Source: an uncultured Acidobacteriota bacterium
GTDB lineage: Bacteria; Acidobacteriota; Terriglobia; Terriglobales; Acidobacteriaceae
Reading direction: 5' to 3'
DNA: 64,000 nucleotides
NCBI GenBank assembly: GCA_963719655.1
Contig: CAVRDQ010000138.1
Location: 6,417 to 70,416, forward strand
Shown here: piece by piece, positions 1 to 8,694 of the stretch
How positions within the stretch are numbered: the stretch's first letter is position 1
How the letters are laid out: every line of letters begins with the position of its first letter
The notes under the pieces: model-generated
Seen by the model: only the letters and a program-made list of their open reading frames with translations
Told to the model about the DNA's origin: nothing
Database searches by the model: none
Program-made: the position numbers and the translations under genes

Positions 1-895
1 TCTCGTCGAGGGTGCGCCGGTAATCGGGATTGTCGTCCTTGCCGATGTCCACGTAAATCACAAAAAACTCGGCGCCAATCCGCTCCGCCATGCGTGCGCT
101 GCGCGCGATGAGGTACTGCGCAACCGGGTTGGAGCTGATGCAGACGGCGATGCGTTCGGTGATCGGCGTGTTGCTGGAGATGTTCTCGCGCTTGCGGTAG
201 CTCTCCAGGCTGCGGTCCACCACGGTGCCCACCTGGCGCAGAGCCAGCTCGCGCAGGGCGATCAGGTTGCCCTGGCGGAAGAAGTTGGAGAGGGCGCGGT
301 CACTGCGCTCCACCGGGTAGATGTCGCCGCGTTTCATGCGCGCCTGCAGAGCCTCCGGCGTCAGGTCGGCCAGCACGATCTCATCCACGCGCTGTAAGAC
401 CCAGTCGGGAACGGTCTCCCGCACCACCACGCCGGTGATGCGGCCCACCAGTGGCGTCACGCTCTCAATGTGCTGCACGTTCATGGTGGAGACGACGTCA
501 ATCTCGGCGTTCAGCAGGTCCATCACATCTTCGTAGCGCTTGCGGTGGCGGCTGCCCTCGATGTTGGTATGGGCCAGCTCATCCACCAGCACGATCTCCG
601 GATGCAGGGCGAGGATGGCGTCCACGTCCATCTCGTCAAAGACGGTGCCCTTGTACTCCAACTGCTTGCGGGGTACGGCGGGCAGGCGGCTGGCCAGCTC
701 GGCGGTGGCGGCGCGTCCATGCGTCTCAATGATTCCGGCGACGACGTTTTCCCCGCGGCTGTAGCGGCGGATGCCTTCGCTGAGCATGGCATAGGTCTTG
801 CCGACGCCGGGCGCATAGCCCAGAAAGAGCTTGAATAGCCCTCGCTTCCGCGCCGGTGCGGTCTCTTCCAGCCATTGCTCGGGAGTCTTCGACAT
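1..895 (-). CDS. kdpD: KdpD-type sensor, N-terminal cytoplasmic (P-loop) domain plus Usp-like region; gene continues past window start
   Basis: Reverse complement from ATG 895-893 reads MSKTPEQWLEETAPARKRGLFKLFLGYAPGVGKTYAMLSEG..., the typical KdpD N-terminus. The frame stays open to position 1. It is absent from the ORF track because it runs off the window. Confidence 0.8.
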   Translation of the reverse strand, partial: MSKTPEQWLEETAPARKRGLFKLFLGYAPGVGKTYAMLSEGIRRYSRGENVVAGIIETHGRAATAELASRLPAVPRKQLEYKGTVFDEMDVDAILALHPEIVLVDELAHTNIEGSRHRKRYEDVMDLLNAEIDVVSTMNVQHIESVTPLVGRITGVVVRETVPDWVLQRVDEIVLADLTPEALQARMKRGDIYPVERSDRALSNFFRQGNLIALRELALRQVGTVVDRSLESYRKRENISSNTPITERIAVCISSNPVAQYLIARSARMAERIGAEFFVIYVDIGKDDNPDYRRTLDE

Positions 896-951
896 ATGCG
901 GCCTATTGTTGAACAACTCGTCGAAATTGTCGAATAGGGTACAATTCCGCC

Positions 952-2388
952 GTGCTGCGGATCATGAAAAATCAGTACGTGCGTTACGCACTTTCGATGC
1001 TGGTTGTGGCGCCGATGGTCGCGCTGGGCCGGTACACGCACGCCAATGCCAGCACGCAGGGATTCGCCTTCCTCCTGGTTGTGCTCGTGATCTCCGCCGC
1101 CTGGGGATTGCGTTCGGCCATTCTGTTTTCGATCACCGCCACCTTGGCCTACAACTATTACTTTCTGCCGCCCATCGGCACCTTTACCATCGCCGACCCG
1201 CAGAACTGGATTGCCCTGTTCACCTTCCTACTGACGGCCGTCATCGCCAGCCAGCTCAGCGAGCGTGCCCGCCGCGAGATGGCCAATGCCGACAGCCGCC
1301 GCCGCGAACTGGAACAGCTTTACGCCCTCAGCCAGCAGTTGCTGACGGCCGACAACGTGCTCGCGCTCATTAACAGCATTCCCGGCAGCATCGTGTCCAT
1401 CTTTGGAGTCCGGCAGGCGGCGTTGTTTTCCATGTACAGCCGCAAGGCCTACTACTCCAGCCTGGAGGCGCGCGAGCTCATCACCGAAGACGAACTCAAG
1501 CGCGTGGGCGGCGGCGGCGACCCGGTCAGCAAGAAGGACCTGCGCATACGTCCGCTGCGCGTTGGATTGAACTTTGTGGGCGCACTCGGCCTGGAGGGAG
1601 GGCAACTCTCCCTGGAGAGCCTGGTGGCCATTGGCAGCCTGGTGGCGATCGCCATTGAGCGCGCCGGAGCGGTGGAAAAACTGGCGCACTCGGAGGCCGG
1701 CCGTGAGAGCGAGCGCCTGCGTTCCATCCTGCTGGACAGCGTCACGCATGACTTTCGCACGCCTCTGACCTCGATCAAGGCCTCGGCGCAATCTCTTCTG
1801 GAGTCCGGGACGCTCGACGAAGGCGCCCGCCGCGAGTTGCTGACGGTAATCAACGAGGAGAGCGATCGCCTGGACCGCCTGGTGGGAGAAGCGGCGCGCA
1901 TGGCGCAACTCGATGCCCACGCCGTGGAACTTGAGCTCAAGCCGCACGACATCCGCGAAGCCATTGACGCCACGCTCGCGGTCAATCAGAACACCCTGGC
2001 CAACCACCAGGTTCGGGTGGTGGTGCCGGAAGGATTGCCCAAGGCGGTGCTGGATTTGCGCCACACCGAGGAGATACTCTCGCAGTTGTTGGACAACGCC
2101 GCCAAGTACTCGCCGCGCGGCACGCCCATCACCATCAGCGCGGAGCAGCAGGGGCGCATGATCGTCACCAGTGTGGCTGACCAGGGTCCCGGCATCGAGG
2201 CCATTGACGAGAGCATGATCTTCGACAAGTTCTACCGCGGACGCGGCCAGCGCAAAACCGTGCAAGGCACTGGCATGGGCCTGGCCATCGCCAAGGCCAT
2301 CGTGGAAGAACACGGCGGCAGCATCTGGCTGACGACCCAGCCCGGCCACGGATCGGTCTTCAGTTTCAGCCTTCCCATGGCCCGCTAG
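952..2388 (+). CDS. Sensor histidine kinase with KdpD-like membrane domain (DUF4118-like) and HisKA/HATPase_c; lacks the KdpD N-terminal domain
   Basis: 478-aa ORF with GTG at 952 and an alternative ATG at 964. Has N-terminal TM helices, H-box [13 protein letters not shown], and ATP-lid boxes [26 protein letters not shown]. Confidence 0.88.
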   Translation: MLRIMKNQYVRYALSMLVVAPMVALGRYTHANASTQGFAFLLVVLVISAAWGLRSAILFSITATLAYNYYFLPPIGTFTIADPQNWIALFTFLLTAVIASQLSERARREMANADSRRRELEQLYALSQQLLTADNVLALINSIPGSIVSIFGVRQAALFSMYSRKAYYSSLEARELITEDELKRVGGGGDPVSKKDLRIRPLRVGLNFVGALGLEGGQLSLESLVAIGSLVAIAIERAGAVEKLAHSEAGRESERLRSILLDSVTHDFRTPLTSIKASAQSLLESGTLDEGARRELLTVINEESDRLDRLVGEAARMAQLDAHAVELELKPHDIREAIDATLAVNQNTLANHQVRVVVPEGLPKAVLDLRHTEEILSQLLDNAAKYSPRGTPITISAEQQGRMIVTSVADQGPGIEAIDESMIFDKFYRGRGQRKTVQGTGMGLAIAKAIVEEHGGSIWLTTQPGHGSVFSFSLPMAR

Positions 2389-2625
2389 ACCAGCCGCAGG
2401 GCTGACCGCCAAGGCCTCGGCCACGAGCCGTGAGAGTCTCGTTAGTCATTGTTCCTCAATCACATACAGAGATTTCTGAATCCAGCCCCGCCACTTCGGC
2501 GGATGGACTTGCGCATTTTTCTACCGAGCATTTGGCCACCGCTGGGCGCGGGATTTTCGCCGCTCAATGGATGAACAGCGGTGTGTGATGAAAGTCACGG
2601 CGCGGGCGGGAGCGGGTTTGTTACC

Positions 2626-2662
2626 ATAATGGAAATGAAATTCAATTTCAGAATCATTATGA
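2626..2662. promoter_or_regulatory. AT-rich nested palindrome, Fur-box-like candidate operator upstream of TonB-dependent receptor
   Basis: Sequence ataatggaaatgaaattcaatttcagaatcattat has outer arms ataatg/cattat and inner arms gaaat-tca-atttc. The part gaatcattat resembles the right half of the GATAATGATAATCATTATC Fur consensus. It ends 17 nt before ATG 2679. Confidence 0.35.
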
Positions 2663-2678
2663 ACTGGGACCGTATCGC

Positions 2679-5600
2679 ATGACGTTGTTTCCCGCAGTTT
2701 TCCCTTTCCTCTTCGACCGCTTGGTTGCGAAGTGTTTCCGCCTCTTCCGCAGCTTCCGCTTCTACCGCTTCTATTGCCTCCTGCTGGCCGCGGCGTGCGT
2801 CTTCGGCGCCGTTCCCCTGCAGGCGCAGCCGGCGCCTCGGGCCGCGCTCGGCGGCACGGTGACCGACGCGACCGGGGCGGTGTTGCCCGGCGTCCTGGTG
2901 CGGGCGCAGAGTGGCCCTGCAAAGCCGGAAGCCACTGCCACCAGCGGAGCCGATGGCAGCTATCACATGACGCTGCCCGCTGGAACGTATAGCGTGCGGT
3001 ATGCCTTGGCGGGCTTCTCCACGCAGACGCGGGATTCCGTGGTGGTGGCCGACGGGGAGAGCCTGCACCTGGATGTCATGATGGAGGTCGCAGCGCACCA
3101 GGACGATCTCACGGTCACCGTTCAAGCCGCCCAGGTGGAAACCGAAAATACACAGCTCGGCGGCACAATCTCCGCCCAGGCTATCAGTGCAGTGCCGCTC
3201 AACGGGCGCAGTTTTACCGATCTGCTGGCCGTGCAGCCCGGAGTAGTGCCCACCAGCTCGCAGCAGCCGAATGCGGTCGTCATGTCGGGATGCACCTCCA
3301 CGCCGCCCTCGGGCGACCTGAATCCCGGCAACCTCTCGGTAAGCGGCCAGCGCGAGACCAGCAACGGCTTCAGCGTCAACGGCGCGCGCACCCAGGAAGA
3401 CTTCAACAACGGAACGGCCGTGGTGCCCAACCTCGACTCGATTCAGGACCTGCTGGTGCTGACCAGCGCCTTTGATGCCGAGTACGGCAATTACGCCGGA
3501 GGCCAGGTGATGGTCAACACCCGCCAGGGCGGCAACCACCTGCACGGCTCAGCCTTTGAGTTCTTGCGCAACACGGCGCTGGATTCGCGCAGCTACCTTG
3601 CCAACGAGCGTGCCACCTACCGGCGAAATCAGTTTGGCGGAACCCTGGGCGGAGCCTTGCGCAAGGACAAGCTCTTTTTCTTCCTCGACTACCAGGGTAC
3701 GCGCATGACCGAAGGGCAGGAGACGGGCAACATCACGGTGCCCAGTTTGGACGCGCGCCAGGGCAACCTTACCAGCCTGGCCAGCCAGCTGACCGGCACG
3801 GTCAGCACCGCCTATTGGGCCAACCAGCTCAGCTCGCGGCTGGGGCATGCCGTTTGGCAGGGCGAGCCCTACTACGCCGCGGGATGCACGTCGAGCGCCG
3901 GGTGCGTATTCCCTAATGGCAACCTGCCCACGACGGCATGGTCGGCCCCGGCCACCCATCTTCTGCAATACATTCCGCAGCCGAACGCCGGTGGCCAGAC
4001 CTTTACGGACTCGGCCCACAACCTGACTTTGGATGACAACAAGGGCGGGGCGCGGGTGGATGCCGTAACGCGGCTGGGCAATTTCTCCGCCTACTACTTT
4101 TTGGACCAGTACGGGCTGGACAATCCCTATCCCACGGCCGAAGGCGGAGCCAATGTGCCGGGCTTCAACGCCACCTCGTCTGGCCGCGCGCAGCTTTACA
4201 GCCTGGGCCTGACCAAGGTTTTCGGCGCCAACACGGTGAACGAGGCGCACTTCAGCTACATGCGTTATGCCAATGTGATCGGCCATCCCGTGGGCGGTGT
4301 CGGTCCGACACTGGCGTCACAGGGCTTTGTGGAGGGCGTTGGGACGCTGGGCATCGTTCCGCTGGACAAAAGCATTGAGGGCGTTGAGAACGTTGCATTC
4401 AACGACTTCACCATCGGTGTAGACGTGACCGGCGAAACCCAGGTCAACAACACCTTCCAGTGGAGCGACGCCTTCAGTCACACTCATGGCCGCCACACCT
4501 TCAAACTTGGAGCGGCCTTCCATCTCGACCAGGTCAACATCCACTCCAACTCGATTAACAACGGATCCTTCGTCTTTAACGGTACGGAGACCGGCTCGGA
4601 CTTTGCCGACTTTCTGTTGGGCGTGGCCAGCACCTACGAACAGGGCGATGCGGCGGCCTTCTACATCCGCAACAAGTACATTGGCGCCTACGCGCAGGAT
4701 AGCTGGAAGGCGCGGCACAATATGGTGATCAACTACGGCCTCCGCTGGGACGTGCTGCCCCCCTGGCATGAGAAGTACAACCAGTTGCAGACCTTTGTTC
4801 TGGGCCAGCAGTCGGGTGTCTATCCGGGCGCGCCCCAGGGCATCGTTTTTCCCGGCGATCACGGGATTCCGAACACCCTGGCGCCAACCAAGTGGAACAA
4901 TCTCTCGCCGCGCGTGGGGGTAAGCTGGTCGCCCGCTCCGCAGGACGCTTTTGCCAAATTGCTGCTCGGCGATGCGGGCAAAAGCAGCATTCATGCGGGG
5001 TGGGGAATGTTTTACTCGGCCTTTGAAGGGCTTTCGGCCGGCATTATGAGCGCCAATCCGCCATACGGATATGACTACGACAGCACCAGCGGCGCGCCCA
5101 GCCTTGCCGAGCCCTTTGTGGGAGCCACCACGGGCCTGAGTAACGGGCAGCCGTTTCCGTCGCCAATTCCCAGCCGCGGCGCGACGCTCAACAATCCCAA
5201 CACCAGCGTGGACTGGTCGAAGTACCAGCCGATCACCGGCGACCCGGCTTTTTACTATCGCAACACTTCGCCCTACACCGAGAGCTACAACCTAAACGTG
5301 GAGCGCGAAGTTGCCAAGGGCACGTTCCTCAAGGTGGGGTACGTTGGCTCACAGGCGCATCACCTGCTGGTGCTGACCTCGGCCAATCCGGGGAACGCTG
5401 CGCTCTGCCTCAGCGTCAGCCAGCCGTCGCAGGTGGCGCCGGGCACCGCAACCTGTGGTCCGTTTGCCGAAGGTGGAACCTTTACCCGCGCTGATGGCAG
5501 CACGCTGACCGCGCGAGGCCCGTTCAGCGCCAGCTTCGACGGCATCAGCTACCAGAAGACCGTCGGCTTCTCAAACTACAACTCCATGGAGGTGACCCTG

Positions 5601-6290
5601 CGTCACGCTGGCCGTTCATGGGACGCGCAGGCGGCCTACACCTACGGGAAATCGCTCGATGATTCGTCGAGCCTGAGCGAGGAGGTGTACCCGATGGGCG
5701 CGGCGATGTCCAAGGCGATATCGGCCTTCGACCTGCGACACAACTTTGTGGTCAGCTACCGCTACGCGCTGCCCGTGGCGCACATCTTCCACGCCACCAA
5801 CCGCTGGACCAACGGATGGGCCCTGAGTGGCATCACGCGCTTCGCCACCGGCCTCCCAGTCACGCTCTACAACAATACGGATAGCTCGCTGCTCGGCAGC
5901 ATGCCCAACGGCATCAACAACAATGGAGTGGATACGCCGCGCTACACGCCGGGCAATTTAGAGCTTCGCCACCGGCCGGGCAGCAGTTCGCAGCCGGCCT
6001 TCAACACCAGCCTATTCTCCGTGCCGGACGAAGGAACCCTGGGCAACGCGCGCCGCCGCTTCTTCTACGGCCCGGGCCTCGTAAACTTCGATATGGCACT
6101 GCAAAAGGAGATCGTACTCAGCGCCGGACGCAGCCTGCAACTGCGCATGGAGGCCTTTAACGTCTTCAACCACGCGCAGTTCTTCGGCCCCGCGGCGGTC
6201 AACGGCAACATCAGCAGCGCCGGCTTCGGGCAGATCGTCAACGTGATGCCGCCGCGCCAGGTACAACTGGCAGCCAGGTTTGTCTTCTAG
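2679..6290 (+). CDS. TonB-dependent receptor with N-terminal carboxypeptidase-regulatory-like domain
   Basis: 1203 aa with a signal peptide (...VFGAVPLQA). CarboxypepD_reg-like stretch GTVTDATGAVLPGVLV...GSYHMTLPAGTYSV, then a plug and a long beta-barrel ending ...QLAARFVF. Confidence 0.9.
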   Translation: MTLFPAVFPFLFDRLVAKCFRLFRSFRFYRFYCLLLAAACVFGAVPLQAQPAPRAALGGTVTDATGAVLPGVLVRAQSGPAKPEATATSGADGSYHMTLPAGTYSVRYALAGFSTQTRDSVVVADGESLHLDVMMEVAAHQDDLTVTVQAAQVETENTQLGGTISAQAISAVPLNGRSFTDLLAVQPGVVPTSSQQPNAVVMSGCTSTPPSGDLNPGNLSVSGQRETSNGFSVNGARTQEDFNNGTAVVPNLDSIQDLLVLTSAFDAEYGNYAGGQVMVNTRQGGNHLHGSAFEFLRNTALDSRSYLANERATYRRNQFGGTLGGALRKDKLFFFLDYQGTRMTEGQETGNITVPSLDARQGNLTSLASQLTGTVSTAYWANQLSSRLGHAVWQGEPYYAAGCTSSAGCVFPNGNLPTTAWSAPATHLLQYIPQPNAGGQTFTDSAHNLTLDDNKGGARVDAVTRLGNFSAYYFLDQYGLDNPYPTAEGGANVPGFNATSSGRAQLYSLGLTKVFGANTVNEAHFSYMRYANVIGHPVGGVGPTLASQGFVEGVGTLGIVPLDKSIEGVENVAFNDFTIGVDVTGETQVNNTFQWSDAFSHTHGRHTFKLGAAFHLDQVNIHSNSINNGSFVFNGTETGSDFADFLLGVASTYEQGDAAAFYIRNKYIGAYAQDSWKARHNMVINYGLRWDVLPPWHEKYNQLQTFVLGQQSGVYPGAPQGIVFPGDHGIPNTLAPTKWNNLSPRVGVSWSPAPQDAFAKLLLGDAGKSSIHAGWGMFYSAFEGLSAGIMSANPPYGYDYDSTSGAPSLAEPFVGATTGLSNGQPFPSPIPSRGATLNNPNTSVDWSKYQPITGDPAFYYRNTSPYTESYNLNVEREVAKGTFLKVGYVGSQAHHLLVLTSANPGNAALCLSVSQPSQVAPGTATCGPFAEGGTFTRADGSTLTARGPFSASFDGISYQKTVGFSNYNSMEVTLRHAGRSWDAQAAYTYGKSLDDSSSLSEEVYPMGAAMSKAISAFDLRHNFVVSYRYALPVAHIFHATNRWTNGWALSGITRFATGLPVTLYNNTDSSLLGSMPNGINNNGVDTPRYTPGNLELRHRPGSSSQPAFNTSLFSVPDEGTLGNARRRFFYGPGLVNFDMALQKEIVLSAGRSLQLRMEAFNVFNHAQFFGPAAVNGNISSAGFGQIVNVMPPRQVQLAARFVF

Positions 6291-6345
6291 CCACGAAGCC
6301 GGTTTCTATGAGCCTCTGCCTGTTTGGCGTTCCGAGGAGCTCAGA

Positions 6346-7764
6346 TTATGGATGGGAGATGGAGAGCCGTGGTGCGGCTGCGGTTGCAAAGGAAACCTGG
6401 AAGGTGGTTCCGCAGTTGAGTGCGCTGCTCACCGTCAGTTCCGTGTGGTGAACGTCGGCAATCCACTTGGCGATGGCGAGCCCCAGGCCGCTGCCATCCA
6501 CCTGTCCGCGCGATGGATCGGTGCGATAGAAGCGCTGGAAGATCAGGGGAATTTCTTCCTCACGGATACCGCTTCCGTTGTCCTTGATTGCAACGATGGC
6601 GTTGGCCTGCTCATGGCGCAGGGTGACTTCGATGCGGCCGTGCGATGGCGTGTACTTGACCGCGTTGTCCAGCAGGATCCAAATCAGCCGCGACAGGCTC
6701 GATGGGTTGGCCAGCACATAGGAAGGCCCGGCATGGTCCATGGACATGGTGAATGTGTGATTCCGTGTCAGCGCCATCGGGCGGATCTTACCGCACACCT
6801 CGCTTAGGATCGCAGTCAGGTCCGAGGGTTCCAGAGGGATATCACATTCTCCGGAGTCGGCGCGCGCCAGGGTCAACATGTCCTCCAGCAGAAGGCTCGC
6901 CTTGGCGCTTTCATCCACTACATCCTGAAATGCCTTCCGGCTCTGTTCCGTGATGGCGGGCTCGCGCATTGCCAACTCGGAGACCATTCGCATGTAAGTG
7001 ATGGGGCCACGCAATTCATGCGACGCATCGCCGGTGAACTGCCCAATGTGGCTTACTGCTCCTTCCAGCCGGGTCAGCACGGCATTAAACGTGTCCGTCA
7101 GCCGCTGCAACTCGTCGCCGGTTTTCAGCGCCGGCAGCCGCTCGCTGAGATTGGAGACGCTGATGGATTGCACGCTGGCCGTGATCCGGTCCACCGGCAC
7201 GAGCGCCTTTCGACTGATGAAGTAACCTGCGGCGGCAGAGGCAATTAATAGAATCGGCGCGGCGGCGAGCAGCACGAAGGTGAAGCGTTGCAACAGCGCC
7301 CGGTTATTGGTAAGCGAGGCGGCAACACTAAGGTATTGCACCTGGCCATCCAGCTCGAAGGGCCGCACCAGCACAAGATATGGCTGCCCGGCGAAGGTTG
7401 TGGTTGTAAAAGACTCAGCGCCCGGCGAGCTGACCTTCGGCCACGGAAAGGCCAGGGCCGAAGACGATGGCGAAGGGTGCAGGCGATTATTCTCAGCGTC
7501 GAATACCTCAATGAGGCCGTCGCCCGTGGCGCTGGCAAACTGATGGAGCTTGCGGGTACGCTCCGGCATGGGCAGTGGCTGCGAGTCGCGCAACACCTGG
7601 CTCAAGCGGTCCACGCGATGCTCCAGCGTTTGCCTGCGCACGGTGTTCAGGGAATGGCGCAGGTCCAGCCACATGGCGGCACCGAAGAGAATCCATTCGA
7701 GGAAGAAGATACTCAGGAACCAGAGGGTGAGGCGGAAGGAGATGGAGCGGTTGCGGATCAGCAT
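6346..7764 (-). CDS. Sensor histidine kinase (2 TM, HAMP, HisKA, HATPase_c)
   Basis: 472 aa with H-box ASHELRGPITYM and boxes LLDNAVKYTP, DNGSGI, GSGLGLAIAK. Its ATG overlaps the stop of the upstream response-regulator gene by 7 nt. Confidence 0.9.
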   Translation of the reverse strand: MLIRNRSISFRLTLWFLSIFFLEWILFGAAMWLDLRHSLNTVRRQTLEHRVDRLSQVLRDSQPLPMPERTRKLHQFASATGDGLIEVFDAENNRLHPSPSSSALAFPWPKVSSPGAESFTTTTFAGQPYLVLVRPFELDGQVQYLSVAASLTNNRALLQRFTFVLLAAAPILLIASAAAGYFISRKALVPVDRITASVQSISVSNLSERLPALKTGDELQRLTDTFNAVLTRLEGAVSHIGQFTGDASHELRGPITYMRMVSELAMREPAITEQSRKAFQDVVDESAKASLLLEDMLTLARADSGECDIPLEPSDLTAILSEVCGKIRPMALTRNHTFTMSMDHAGPSYVLANPSSLSRLIWILLDNAVKYTPSHGRIEVTLRHEQANAIVAIKDNGSGIREEEIPLIFQRFYRTDPSRGQVDGSGLGLAIAKWIADVHHTELTVSSALNCGTTFQVSFATAAAPRLSISHP

Positions 7765-8435
7765 GCGTCCGCCCGAAGGGAGTAGCCGATACCGCGTACC
7801 GTGTGCAGAAGGTTGGCTTCCCCCGGCTTGCTGATTTTGGACCGCAATGCGCGGATGAAGACGTAGAGCGTGGCCCCATTCACCTCCGCGTCGCTGCCCC
7901 AGCCTTCTTCAATCAGCACTGCCTGCGGAACCACGGTGCCGGCGCGGCGCAGAAGGGTCTCCAACAGGGCAAATTCGGTTCGCGTCAATGCGGCGGTACG
8001 ATTGCCGCGCTGCAGTTCACGCGTGTCGCAATTCAGAACAAGGTCCTGAAAACGCAACTCCTGCGCCTCCGCGGCCGGAACGCGCCGGGCCGCGGCACGC
8101 ACGCGGGCCAGCAGCACATCCAGTTCAAAGGGCTTGGTCAGGTAATCGTCAGCGCCCTGGTCCAGGCCGTGGACGATGTCACTCATGGCGTCGCGGGCGG
8201 AGAGGATCAGCACCGGAGTGCGGCGCCGCGCCTCACGCAACTCGGCCACCACGCGAAAGCCATCCTTGCGGGGCAGCATCACGTCCAGCACGATGACGTG
8301 GTAGTTGCGCGCCAGGGCCAGCCGCAGAGCCTCTTCGCCGTCGTAGGCCGCATCCACCGCGTAACCCTCCGCCTCCAGTGCGCGGCGCAGCACATCGGCC
8401 ATACTCCGCTTGTCTTCTACGACGAGGACCCGCAT
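7758..8435 (-). CDS. OmpR/PhoB-family response regulator
   Basis: 225 aa. Receiver domain MRVLVVEDK...VLDVMLPRKDG...LSARD and winged-helix output LTRTEFALLETLL...VRGIGYSL. Confidence 0.92.
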   Translation of the reverse strand: MRVLVVEDKRSMADVLRRALEAEGYAVDAAYDGEEALRLALARNYHVIVLDVMLPRKDGFRVVAELREARRRTPVLILSARDAMSDIVHGLDQGADDYLTKPFELDVLLARVRAAARRVPAAEAQELRFQDLVLNCDTRELQRGNRTAALTRTEFALLETLLRRAGTVVPQAVLIEEGWGSDAEVNGATLYVFIRALRSKISKPGEANLLHTVRGIGYSLRADAC

Positions 8436-8496
8436 GTGTCCATTCTAGGCGGGCAATGTGAATTCTTCGTGAAACGCCAGTGCTGGAGCGGACTTC

Positions 8497-8518
8497 TTTA
8501 GATTCGCTTTAGAATCGC
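8497..8518. promoter_or_regulatory. Tandem 11-bp direct repeat, candidate OmpR-family response-regulator binding site
   Basis: tttagattcgc (8497-8507) is immediately followed by tttagaatcgc (8508-8518) with one mismatch. It lies in the divergent spacer between the RR gene (start 8435) and the TonB receptor (start 8695). Confidence 0.45.
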
Positions 8519-8694
8519 CTGCTCTAATCGCATTGTTCACCAAACATCAAACCGCGTCGCGGAGACGGCGATTCATGGATCCATCTCTCCGTGCCGCCGC
8601 TGATGAGTGTGTTGTGTTCGGGGTTCCGGGGGCGAGAAATACCTGCAACTTTGCTAGATTGCGCACGCCAAGTGCGCCATTGGAGAACCATCCC

